Made by a program: the position numbers and the translations under genes. 34,930 nucleotides of DNA, taken from positions 1 to 34,930 of the forward strand of contig CAVWIG010000047.1 of the NCBI GenBank assembly GCA_963754945.1, written 5' to 3'. Positions within the stretch are counted from its first letter, which is position 1, and every line of letters begins with the position of its first letter. Shown here in pieces: positions 8,054 through 17,636 of the stretch. Source of the DNA: Methanotrichaceae archaeon. Lineage in GTDB: Archaea; Halobacteriota; Methanosarcinia; Methanotrichales; Methanotrichaceae. The notes under the pieces were generated by a model, which saw only the letters and a program-made list of their open reading frames with translations, ran no database searches and was not told the origin of the DNA.

Positions 8054-9517
8054 TTACTTCCCCCTTCTTCTATAGAACCCACGCTCCACTAGGACACCAA
8101 CCAGCAGGGATAATGTCATAATAAGCGATAGGTTTACGATCATCTCTGGGGCATAGATGGAATATCTCACAAGTTTGGTATTGATGCTTTCCGGTCCATC
8201 AATAATTGCTGATCCAGAGTTTCCGTTCTCATCCGGCAGAGAGTACTTGAAATAGTATCTGAACATTTGGCCGCAGTCTGCTACATCGAAAGGTTGAATG
8301 TCCTTAAAGGATACATCTTCGAATTTGTCGCCCGGTATGGGAACGGTCTGAGATGTTATATATCTCTGGGGGTGAGCAGGAGTATCTGTGTATAGACTCA
8401 CAGTTAACATCCCTCCATCAGGATTTTGGCTCTTTGCTTTGAACCCAAAGTTGTACTTCTGCCACCAGTAGTAGTTGTTATCCTCAGGATCCACAACTAT
8501 GTCTTTTGTTTTCATCATTGGGTTACGCTTCAAATGCGGTCCATCTCTAATCTCAGTCCATGTGGTGTTTTTGCCACCTAATACACCATCACTACAGGAA
8601 TAACGATAGCTGAAATTCTTGCCAGAGTCTTTTTCACTGAAAATATTCTTGTCTTTAGTGCTGAATTCTATTTTATCACCTAACTGGAACAATTTGGTTA
8701 TATTATTGGTTTCAATCCTATTGTTGAGAATATGGAGGGTTACACGTCTCATATCTTTTTTCAGATCAGTGTACGATGTGTTTTGAACCTTGTTGTCCAA
8801 AGTAGCAGTGTACTGAATAGTGTCGTCCCAGTTTGCAGGATCTGGGTTCACTAACATAGACGTATTGTTGATTTGTGGGGGAATGTTATAGACGTTGAGC
8901 GCCAGTTCGTGATAATATCCGTTTTCTGGATCATCTTTTTGAATGCTTGAATCGTATTTGTATTGCCCGTCTGTGACATAGATCTTTAATCGAACATCGC
9001 CTACTCGCCCGAGATAGTCAAAAGAGCTAAGTTCGGGAAAGATACGCAGGGATGTGTTTTCTCTACCGTCGTACTCGTTAACCTGAATTATCTGAGTGGC
9101 TACTTTGGCTGGTTTGAAGCTGCTCTCCCCTGGTTCCTGTATTTCTAGGGTTAAATATAGAGCCCTCCTGAGCTCAATAGGATTGGTGTTCACAACCAAG
9201 GCACCTATTTCTATTGGATCGTATCTAGAGATCGTCTTGTTTTTGGTGGGATAGTATAACCAGACTCCGGGCGGGACGTAATTTGTGGTTGTGAAGCTCT
9301 GTTTATAAAGTAGCGTTTTCAAGTAATCAAACCTATCCGGATAATTGGTCTTCCAGCTCTCCACTTGCCTGATGAAGTTCTCTATATCAGGAGACCTGCT
9401 TCCGCCTCCGCTGCTGCTTATTGTGACTTTTTTTGGGGGGGAGGGATGTATGTCACCTAAAGCGACAATGGTAAATAAACAAGTTGCCACGAGGAGAAGT
9501 ACCAAACTCTTCCTCAT
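8054..9517 (-). CDS. Secreted protein with a C-terminal membrane anchor
   Basis: Signal peptide MRKSLVLLLVATCLFTIVALG; Asn/Thr/Tyr-rich body with many NxS/T sequons; C-terminal TM helix + GFYRRRGK. TGATG overlap with the upstream gene. Confidence 0.8.
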   Translation of the reverse strand: MRKSLVLLLVATCLFTIVALGDIHPSPPKKVTISSSGGGSRSPDIENFIRQVESWKTNYPDRFDYLKTLLYKQSFTTTNYVPPGVWLYYPTKNKTISRYDPIEIGALVVNTNPIELRRALYLTLEIQEPGESSFKPAKVATQIIQVNEYDGRENTSLRIFPELSSFDYLGRVGDVRLKIYVTDGQYKYDSSIQKDDPENGYYHELALNVYNIPPQINNTSMLVNPDPANWDDTIQYTATLDNKVQNTSYTDLKKDMRRVTLHILNNRIETNNITKLFQLGDKIEFSTKDKNIFSEKDSGKNFSYRYSCSDGVLGGKNTTWTEIRDGPHLKRNPMMKTKDIVVDPEDNNYYWWQKYNFGFKAKSQNPDGGMLTVSLYTDTPAHPQRYITSQTVPIPGDKFEDVSFKDIQPFDVADCGQMFRYYFKYSLPDENGNSGSAIIDGPESINTKLVRYSIYAPEMIVNLSLIMTLSLLVGVLVERGFYRRRGK

Positions 9518-11232
9518 CAATATCTCCTCTCATCTACCCGGATGGTTGGGTGCCATGGCTGGTTCTCCCATTTGAGGGTAATCCAAGGCGGTTGATCGCT
9601 GGAATTATTTCCTAGTGTATAGTTTCTGAAAAGGCCGGATCTCTTCCAGGTAACAGAGTCGTCGGAAAACATCAGCTCCATCTCTACCTTGGGGAGGCTT
9701 GACCTGACCTCTGCGGAATAATCAAGGTTGGAATCCGGGCGATTCCTGGCGCTTTCGTTACGTACTGCCACGTCTATCTTCGGCCCTGGGAACTCCCCCA
9801 GGACTGAATTGTCCATTACCAATCTGTATTTGCCAACTCCAAGAACCTCTGGGGAACTCCGGAAAGACAGATCGGGCCATTTCAGAACGTTGTAGCTCAT
9901 GCTGTACGTTTGCCTTCCTTGAGCCTGCCAGATAGTGCTGTTCGGTGGCTGTATTTCCAGGCCTATATCACAAGCCGATTTGGTGGTAGTTATTCTGGCC
10001 GTATAGCTGAAGGGCGTGTAGATGGACCCGTTAGCCGGGGTTACGTTGGCTTCGATCTCCCAGCTATTCACATATGGGCCTTGATAGTCCTGGCCCAACA
10101 TATCCTTGGTGGAGTTGAAGCTTTCTGCTGAGCCGGGATAATGGAAACTGAAGTTGTAGCTTGATTGGCCAGCCACATCCTCATTGGAAGTGACTTTGAT
10201 GCCTGACCAGGTAAGCTGCTCCCAAGTAGAGCTGTTCACGTAGCTCTTGGCTCCTGCCAGGAAGTACTTCCCTGTCCCTGGGTCCAGCACATTCAATCCG
10301 ACATCAATTGGTTTGGACGCGTTGAGTTCTAGGCCGTAACTGAACTCCGTCCTCGGAGTTCCATTCAGAGGTGACAGAGTGTTATTCCTGAACTGCAGTG
10401 TTATCGGCCAGACTGGACCAACCTTGGGCTGCGACTCTATCCTGCCCACGAATCTGTAGTAAGCGGCATTAAAATCGAAGTTCAGGCTCTTGTTATTCCA
10501 GTATAGTGTCTGGTAGCTGCCTGGTGTAGAGTACTCCCGTTTGTCCAGATCAATCCAGGGGACGTTTTGGGACGGTCTGACCTGCAATGTTATGTTATCT
10601 TTGTAGCTTCCCAGTATCGTTACCTTATAACTGTAGAGATTCTCGTTCGTCCCTTGTTTTGGGCTGACGTCAGCATCACTATATTCGAAGATTGTTTTCA
10701 TCAATTGAGGATGGCCACTATAATCTTCAAGTGGCACAAGCTGTTCTCTAAATTGACTGATTTCGGCATGATACCAGGCCCTGTCCCATATTCTTGCGTC
10801 GTTCTTATCTTTGAGCCATTGGTTAAACTCGCCTTGATTGATGCTAGAATCATGGAAATTGACGCTAAATGCAATGATTTTCGTCTGGTGCGGGTCGACG
10901 AAAATGTCACTTTTGGTTTGTCCTAAATATGTCGAGGGGTTGTCTTTATCTGGACCTACCTTTAGTGTAACGCTATAGCTCAGGGTGGAACTCTGTTCAT
11001 TGGTAATTGGTATATTATATGTGACAGTACCGTCTACAGATAGAGGCTCTGCAGTCGAGCCTCCTTGCGAAAAAGAGACTTGGCACAAGGCCGTAGTGGT
11101 TAAAAGCATCATAACGGCACCGACGAGCATAACTAATTTGATGTAAGTCACTCTTACCACGCTCAACTCAGGACACGCTTTAAGGAAGCCAGTTCTCTTT
11201 ATTAAGTTTTTGGCGCAGGCATCCGATTCCAT
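9517..11232 (-). CDS. Secreted protein with about four ~100-aa beta-rich repeats
   Basis: Hydrophobic signal LVMLVGAVMMLLTTTALC (true start probably downstream of 11232). Repeats VSPKQG..YSY, LSPLNG..FSY, VTPANG..FSY. Confidence 0.78.
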   Translation of the reverse strand: MESDACAKNLIKRTGFLKACPELSVVRVTYIKLVMLVGAVMMLLTTTALCQVSFSQGGSTAEPLSVDGTVTYNIPITNEQSSTLSYSVTLKVGPDKDNPSTYLGQTKSDIFVDPHQTKIIAFSVNFHDSSINQGEFNQWLKDKNDARIWDRAWYHAEISQFREQLVPLEDYSGHPQLMKTIFEYSDADVSPKQGTNENLYSYKVTILGSYKDNITLQVRPSQNVPWIDLDKREYSTPGSYQTLYWNNKSLNFDFNAAYYRFVGRIESQPKVGPVWPITLQFRNNTLSPLNGTPRTEFSYGLELNASKPIDVGLNVLDPGTGKYFLAGAKSYVNSSTWEQLTWSGIKVTSNEDVAGQSSYNFSFHYPGSAESFNSTKDMLGQDYQGPYVNSWEIEANVTPANGSIYTPFSYTARITTTKSACDIGLEIQPPNSTIWQAQGRQTYSMSYNVLKWPDLSFRSSPEVLGVGKYRLVMDNSVLGEFPGPKIDVAVRNESARNRPDSNLDYSAEVRSSLPKVEMELMFSDDSVTWKRSGLFRNYTLGNNSSDQPPWITLKWENQPWHPTIRVDERRY

Positions 11233-11349
11233 AGAAAATTAAGAACTTTGCTTTACTGAGGGCCGAAACTAAGCAACAATACTTACCGCTTAACTGCAAT
11301 TAGACTAAATAATCGCGATCTTTGAAAAGAAAAACAGTGTAGAATTGGG

Positions 11350-12495
11350 TTAAATCCCCAGCACCTTGCCCGCGGCCTCGACACCTGCACCTCTGGATGG
11401 CAGCTTTCCCTCTTTGGCCAGCACCAGCTCCAAGGTCTGAATTGTTCTGAGGATATCGCTCGTGGAGCATACTCCCATAGTGCCTATCCTGAAGATCTTG
11501 CCTTTGAGCTTCTCCTGGCCTCCGGAGACGACCACTCCCTGCTTCTTCATGCCGCCCCTGAGCTTGTCATCAGTGATCCCGGCGGGCATCTTCATTGCCG
11601 TTACGGTATTGGAGTAATGAGAGTACTCGTTCACCTGGGGGAACAGCTCGATATCCAGCGCCTTTGCGGCTGCACGAACCGACTCGGCGAGCTTGGCAGT
11701 TCTGGTCTTGCGTGCCTCGAAGCCTTCCTCCTTGGCCATGTGCAGGGCCTCCTGTAGGGCATAGAATAGAGGTACTGCCGGTGTGTACGGAGTCTGGGCC
11801 GGGCTCTTTCTAGCACTCTTGAGGTGAGCCTTCAAATCTGCGTAGTAGCTTGCGCTCTTATCCTGGAATCGCTCCTCTGCTCGCGGGGACACGGAGACGA
11901 TTGCCAGGCCAGGGGGTACTGCCAGTGCCTTCTGGGAGCCTGTTATGGCTATATCAACATCCCAGGCATCGGTGTGGAACTCGTTGCCTCCGATTGAGGA
12001 GATACCATCCACGATGAATACGGCATCGTGCTTGTGGGCAAGTTTTCCCACCTCTTTTGCAGGGTTGATCAGCCCAACAGAGGTCTCGTTGTGGACCATT
12101 GCAACGGCCTTGGCACCCCCTTCGAGAGCAGCCTCAACCTTGTCCAGATCTATTGGAGTGCCCCATTCAGACTTTACGGGCACAGCCTTTCCATAACGCT
12201 CGCCTATCTCGGTGAACCTCTCACCGAACTTGCCATTTGATATTGTTACGATCTTGTCTTCCCTGCCGATTAGGCCGGCAACTGCTGCGTCCATGCCCAC
12301 AGTTCCGCTGCCGGTCATGACGACAATATCGTTCTTTGTCTCGAAAAAATCCTTGAGCAGATTGCGGCAATCTTCGTAAATAGCCCCGAAGTCGCCGCTC
12401 CGGTGGCTGATCATGGGCCTGGACATGGCCCGAAGTACTCGTGGCGCTACCTTCACTGGCCCCGGTATCATGAGCAACGTTTCTTCTATATCCAA
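11350..12495 (-). CDS. Class V PLP-dependent aminotransferase (alanine-glyoxylate/serine-pyruvate/phosphoserine type)
   Basis: LMIPGP, ISHRS, VHNETSVG, IVDGISS, ITGSQKAL (PLP lysine), TPYTP, FRIGTMG. TTG start. Confidence 0.93.
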   Translation of the reverse strand: MDIEETLLMIPGPVKVAPRVLRAMSRPMISHRSGDFGAIYEDCRNLLKDFFETKNDIVVMTGSGTVGMDAAVAGLIGREDKIVTISNGKFGERFTEIGERYGKAVPVKSEWGTPIDLDKVEAALEGGAKAVAMVHNETSVGLINPAKEVGKLAHKHDAVFIVDGISSIGGNEFHTDAWDVDIAITGSQKALAVPPGLAIVSVSPRAEERFQDKSASYYADLKAHLKSARKSPAQTPYTPAVPLFYALQEALHMAKEEGFEARKTRTAKLAESVRAAAKALDIELFPQVNEYSHYSNTVTAMKMPAGITDDKLRGGMKKQGVVVSGGQEKLKGKIFRIGTMGVCSTSDILRTIQTLELVLAKEGKLPSRGAGVEAAGKVLGI

Positions 12496-12528
12496 CAGGA
12501 TCCCTCAGATGGATACTGCTAGGGCGGC

Positions 12529-13164
12529 CTATATAAAACTAGCTTTTATACGCTGAGCCGTAACCCAGGTGTGCCTTGCACAGGGTGGAAGGTCTCCGTG
12601 CTCCTTAACCCACTTGCCCAGGAATTCGATGGTCAGGGGATCACCTGGGTAGCCGCTTCCTATTATGCAGTTCATGGACTGCTCCAGCTCCCGGACGGAC
12701 TTGTCTCTTTGCACCTTGGCCAGGATTGATGCGGCCGAGACTACCGGATAGTTCTGATCGGCCTTGTGTTCGGCCAGGATCTCCATGGATGTGCCGCTGG
12801 CTTTTCGTACCCGTTCGCCGAATCTGGCCTCGTTTACGTCCGCGGCGTCGAGGATAGCACGGTTTGCGGACGAAAGCCTCTGTAGAACCTGGGAAAAGCA
12901 GCGGACCATGATGTCATTCATGGTCATGACCTGGCGCAGCTCGTCTATGACTCTGGGGGCGACCTCCAGGATGTACTTATCGTCAGCTATCTTGTCTAGC
13001 TTCTTGGCCATGAGCTCCCTGCGCTCTGGAGTTAGCTGCTTGGAGTCCTTCACGCCGATCGCTGCCAGGTCGAAGAGCTTCTCCTCGTCGATGACAAGTC
13101 CTGCCACGAACATGGAGCCGATAACGGGGCCTTTGCCGGCTTCGTCTACACCAAGGAGGAGCAT
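12529..13164 (-). CDS. rnhB: Ribonuclease HII
   Basis: GVDEAGKGPVIG, GVKDSK, HKAD...VSAASILAKVQRD, GSGYP. Confidence 0.96.
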   Translation of the reverse strand: MLLLGVDEAGKGPVIGSMFVAGLVIDEEKLFDLAAIGVKDSKQLTPERRELMAKKLDKIADDKYILEVAPRVIDELRQVMTMNDIMVRCFSQVLQRLSSANRAILDAADVNEARFGERVRKASGTSMEILAEHKADQNYPVVSAASILAKVQRDKSVRELEQSMNCIIGSGYPGDPLTIEFLGKWVKEHGDLPPCARHTWVTAQRIKASFI

Positions 13165-13409
13165 TGAATTTTGGTTTTTGCGATGAAGATATTTTAAGTG
13201 ATCGACATCTGAGAAGAAAGAGTAACTCGCAGGTATGATGAATTGGTAATTCTGTATGTGGTGCTCTCATTTTCGGACTTATCATCTGGGCGGACGTGGC
13301 GGATTCACTTGTAGATTGCAAAACCCATGAAGGCCCGTATGAAGCTGGACATATCCTTGCTCTGCAAAGGTTCAACCTAATGCGACGTGAGTATGATGAA
13401 TTTTTGCTA

Positions 13410-14591
13410 GTGCACCATAACGCAAGTTTTAAATCTTATAAAAGGTCTAGAATATAGATTGTGGCAAGAAAAACAAAATTCTGTGTGAAACTGGAAGAGA
13501 AAGAACGAGAAGAGTTGAACCAGTACATCCGTCGTGGGAAGTCGTCTGCAAGGAGTTTAACTCGCGCAAGAATACTGCTCCTGGCCGATGGAGGGCAATC
13601 CGATGCGGAGATCATTGATGCATTGAAGGCGAGCAGAACGACAATAGTGAGGATAAGAAAGAGATATTTCGAGGGTGGCCTGGAATCTGCATTGAATGAA
13701 AGATCTCGCAGTGGAGCGCCTCCGAAGATAGATGCACGAGTTGAGGCTAAACTGACCGGCATTGCTTGCTCAGATCCGCCTGAAGGCAGATCGAGATGGA
13801 CGCTGAATCTATTGGCCGACAAGCTTGTTGAGCTGGGGGAAGTGGACTCGATCTCAGGAATGAGCGTTTGCAGAGCGTTAAAAAAAATGAAATAAAGCCA
13901 TGGCTCAAACAGCGATGGTGCATAGGGAGCATGACGAGCGAATATATCTGGAACATGGAAAATGTATTAACTCTGTACGAGCAACCATATGATCCGAGGC
14001 ATCCTGTGGTTTGTTTCGACGAGAGGCCATGCCAACTGATAGGCGATGTCTTAGTGCCTATACCCATGAAACCAGGCAGTCCGAAGAAGGTGCATTATGA
14101 ATACGTCCGTAACGGGACATGTTGCATCCTTATTGCTTTTGATCTTCATGCAGGAAAAAGAATGATTCGTGTCATGGAGCACAGGACAAGGGTGGACTAC
14201 GCCCATTTCATGAAAGAACTTACCCAGCAATATCCAGGTGTAGAATCCATTCGATTGGTCCAGGATAATCTCAATACGCATACTTCAGGCTCATTTTATA
14301 ATGCTTTTGCGCCTGAAGAGGCGTTTGAGCTGGCTAAGGAGTTCGAATATTATTATACGCCAAAGAAAGGTAGCTGGCTCAACATGGCTGAGATAGAACT
14401 CTCAGCCCTATCGAAGCAATGCCTCGATCGTCGGATTGGAGACATCGATACTTTAACCAAAGAGGCTTCGGTGTGGGCACAAGAACGTAACGCAAAAAAA
14501 ACTACTGTAAGATGGAAATTCACGAAGAATGATGCAAGATTAAAGCTAAACAGGCATTATATTAATTTGCAAAATTAATGTTATGGTGCAC
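13410..14591 (+). mobile_element. IS630-family insertion sequence, complete
   Basis: Terminal inverted repeats GTGCACCATAAC (13410-13421) and GTTATGGTGCAC (14580-14591), extending imperfectly inward. Flanking TA at 13408-13409 and 14592-14593, each in a CTAG context. Confidence 0.93.
13461..14578 (+). CDS. IS630 transposase, orfA (13461-13895) + orfB joined by a -1 frameshift
   Basis: HTH region RARILLLAD...WTLNLLA. DDE residues in CFDERP, VQDNLNTH and WLNMAEIE. A8 run at 13880-13887 gives LKK/NEIKPW. Confidence 0.9.
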
Positions 14592-14665
14592 TAGGTACAC
14601 TCTTTGTTCAGAACAGCACTTATTGCCACTTCAATAAGTAATAATTATTCGCAAATGATCATTCA

Positions 14666-16090
14666 TCATATCACCTTTGTATTTTTCCTAGCGGTAGCAT
14701 GTCCTTCGGCGAAATGCTCCGAATGCTCCAGGTTTGCAAAGGCCTTGGCAATAACTTCGCTAAGAGTGGGGTGTATCACCTGCGATTTTATCAGAGGCTC
14801 AGGGTCCTGGTATTCAGTGTTCATGAGGTAGACCACCTGCTGAACGAGTTCAGGTGCCTCAGAGCCGACAACGGTGCAGCCCAGGATCTTGCCGGTCTCT
14901 TCCTCTAATACGACTTTGACGAAGCCGTTCTCCTCGTCCATAGCAACTCCTTTGGCAACTTCGGTGTACTTGGCCCTTCCAATCAGAACTTTGTGCCCCG
15001 CTGCAACCGCATCAGATTCTTTCAGCCCGACACTCGCTACTGTGGGATGTGTAAAGACCGCATGCGGTACGGCATGAAAATCTACTCTCTCCTTCTGTGT
15101 GTTGGCGATGTTGTGCCATACGAGCTCCGCTTCGTAGTTGGCGGTGTGTCTGAACATGTGTTTTCCTATGGCATCGCCAAGAGCCCAAATTCCCGGCTTG
15201 CTGGTCTCCAGGTACTCATTTACTTTTATCCAGCCTTGTTTGTCGGTCTTCACTCCCGTATTCTCTGGTTTCAAGATATCAGAATTGGATATTCTCCCTG
15301 CTGCAACCAGGATTTCATCAGCCTGGAACTCGTAGACATTATTGTCGTCCAGGTTTCTGGCGAAAGCGATCTTTTTTCCGTCTCGCGCCTCGACCTTTAT
15401 CACCTCGTGGCGGACTAACAACTTCAAATCCCCCGACAGGACTTTCTTAACGATCCTGCACACCTCAGGGTCCTCGTTGTTCAACACCTGCGGGCTTCTT
15501 CCGAGGATTGTTACATCTGAGCCCATGGCAGATAGAAAATGGCCGTACTCACATCCTACGTACCCTGCGCCTATGATGACGATGCTCTTTGGAATCTCTG
15601 TAATATTCAATAGGGACGAGTTGTCAAGATAACCCGCTTCCTTTAGACCTGGGATGGGCGGTATGTGAACTCTGGCCCCCGAGACTAAAACGATTTTTGG
15701 TGCAGTCAGTATTTTGTCGCCTGATTTTAATGTATAGTTATCGATGAACTCTGCAGAGCTTCTGTACAGAGTGACTTTTTCCTCTGCCTCAACGGATCGT
15801 TCCAGCTCTTTTCTTCCGGATTCAACGACCGACCGCATCCGCTTAATTATCAGCTGAAAGTCGATCCCGGTTATGCTGGCCTCAACTCCAACAGACTTTG
15901 CGCCCTGAATTGTGCGGATTACATCAGCCGGATAGATGAGCATCTTGGAGGGTATGCATCCGTTGTTAAGGCATGTCCCGCCCAGGGGACCCTGTTCCAC
16001 TAGGGCCACTCTCATTCCTTCATACACCGCGTTAGAAACGATGTGCACCCCGGCCCCCGAGCCAATAACGATAAGGTCGAATTTATCCAT
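14666..16090 (-). CDS. lpdA: Dihydrolipoyl dehydrogenase-family pyridine nucleotide-disulfide oxidoreductase
   Basis: VIGSGAG, GGTCLNNGCIPSK redox disulfide, IIGAGYVGCE, IWALGD, HPTLSE. Confidence 0.85.
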   Translation of the reverse strand: MDKFDLIVIGSGAGVHIVSNAVYEGMRVALVEQGPLGGTCLNNGCIPSKMLIYPADVIRTIQGAKSVGVEASITGIDFQLIIKRMRSVVESGRKELERSVEAEEKVTLYRSSAEFIDNYTLKSGDKILTAPKIVLVSGARVHIPPIPGLKEAGYLDNSSLLNITEIPKSIVIIGAGYVGCEYGHFLSAMGSDVTILGRSPQVLNNEDPEVCRIVKKVLSGDLKLLVRHEVIKVEARDGKKIAFARNLDDNNVYEFQADEILVAAGRISNSDILKPENTGVKTDKQGWIKVNEYLETSKPGIWALGDAIGKHMFRHTANYEAELVWHNIANTQKERVDFHAVPHAVFTHPTVASVGLKESDAVAAGHKVLIGRAKYTEVAKGVAMDEENGFVKVVLEEETGKILGCTVVGSEAPELVQQVVYLMNTEYQDPEPLIKSQVIHPTLSEVIAKAFANLEHSEHFAEGHATARKNTKVI

Positions 16091-16102
16091 CTAACCGTCC
16101 AT

Positions 16103-17512
16103 CTGTACTTTCCAACTTTTTCGTATATTTATAATATCATCAGATTAAATTAGAATATAAATTTAATAAAAAAAATAAAAAGTAAGGGTTTTATACTAGG
16201 ATCAAATTCTCTCTTTTGGGAGTAGAATGATCAAAATAATAAAGGTACCATTACAATTAGAGCCGTTCTTGAATGAATTTCAGGATCTTTTTACGAAACC
16301 GAGTTATGGATCGTTTCGAGATTTGTGTGGAGCGTTAAGCGTGTGTGATAAATCCAAGACCGTTTCCAACCTTTGTGATACTATGGCCGAATGTAGGAAA
16401 GGAAAAAAAGCACGCTCTTCGTACAATTGGTTCTTTAGCGATGCGAATTGGGACGAGGATGAAGTTGCTCAACGCAAAGTGGACCTTTTTATTGAGAAAT
16501 TATGTTTAAAAGAAAATGATAGAATGTTGTTAATAATTGATGACACATACAATGAGAAGGAAGGAACTCAAACGGAAGGTGTAGGAAAATTTTATGATCA
16601 TAGTAAAGAAACCTACATTTGGGGTAACAATTTTGTTACCTCTGTTATCCAATCCAAAGGATTATTCATACCACATAAAGCTAAGATGTATATCAAGAAT
16701 GATGACGAAAATGAGAATTTTAGAACAAAAATGGAGATTGCCTTGGACGAGATCATTGAACCATTAGAAGTACCAAAAAGCATGGACCTTTATATCGTTT
16801 TCGATAGCTGGTGGTTTTCTTCTGATCTCTTTAACAAGTGTCTCAAATTAGGGCATAATATAGTCTGCCAAATCAAATCTGATAAGAAAATCAGGATAAA
16901 TAAGGACATGTGTTTTCAGGTTAGAGACTTAGCAAACCAAATTGAGGATAAGTATTTTATTAAGACAACTATTAGTGTTCGGGGCAAAAAGAAGACCTAC
17001 TATGCATTTGAAAAGAAGGTAGTCATAGACAAGGTAGGCGAAGTTAAACTTGTAGTCTCAAAGAGAAAAAAGGAGAGCACTACAAAATATTTTATAAGCA
17101 CTAATGAATCGCTTTCGTCGAAAGAAATACTCTCAATTTACGAGGATAGATGGGATATCGAGACGGCCCACAGAGAGACAAATCAAAAATTAGGATTCAA
17201 AGATTACCAATTAAGAGAAAAACAATCAATTGAAAGATTTATTCAGCTAGTCTTCTCAGTATGGACTGCGATTCTCTTATGGGAAATAGACAATCCGCCA
17301 TCTGGGGACGGTTCAAATCCAAGAACTATGGGCGACATGATCGACCTAGTAAAAATGCAAGCATTAGGTGAAACATTTGAATATGTGCTGATGTATTTTA
17401 ATATACCCGTACCGGAAGGCGGATTGCTTTATATACTCAGAAGCATGGGATTGAAAATATAATTTGATATAATTTAGAAAATATAAATAAAGGAGAAACT
17501 TGGAAAGTACAG
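16103..17512 (+). mobile_element. IS701-like (IS4 superfamily) insertion sequence with an 11-bp target duplication
   Basis: 20-bp TIRs: CTGTACTTTCCAACTTTTTC (16103-16122) versus the reverse complement of GAGAAACTTGGAAAGTACAG (17493-17512), 18/20 match. Direct repeat TAACCGTCCAT at 16092-16102 and 17513-17523. Confidence 0.92.
16227..17462 (+). CDS. DDE transposase, IS701-like
   Basis: LIIDDT, VFDSWW, YEDRWDIETAHRETNQKLGFKDYQLR. Confidence 0.9.
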   Translation: MIKIIKVPLQLEPFLNEFQDLFTKPSYGSFRDLCGALSVCDKSKTVSNLCDTMAECRKGKKARSSYNWFFSDANWDEDEVAQRKVDLFIEKLCLKENDRMLLIIDDTYNEKEGTQTEGVGKFYDHSKETYIWGNNFVTSVIQSKGLFIPHKAKMYIKNDDENENFRTKMEIALDEIIEPLEVPKSMDLYIVFDSWWFSSDLFNKCLKLGHNIVCQIKSDKKIRINKDMCFQVRDLANQIEDKYFIKTTISVRGKKKTYYAFEKKVVIDKVGEVKLVVSKRKKESTTKYFISTNESLSSKEILSIYEDRWDIETAHRETNQKLGFKDYQLREKQSIERFIQLVFSVWTAILLWEIDNPPSGDGSNPRTMGDMIDLVKMQALGETFEYVLMYFNIPVPEGGLLYILRSMGLKI

Positions 17513-17636
17513 TAACCGTCCATATCATAAAATATAATATGAATGCTATGCATCGACTTTTTTTGGGCAATTTTTTATATTGTCCCTAATCCTCTTTTCC
17601 TATTCTTAATCTTGGTCTACTTCAATTAGCGACCTT

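Noticed and set aside
13242-14640. Open frame (IGNSVCGALIF...EYDEFLL|GTLFVQNSTYCHFNK) that would span the empty IS630 site
   Set aside because: Preceded by in-frame stops with no convincing start and no recognisable motif, so it cannot be called a disrupted gene.
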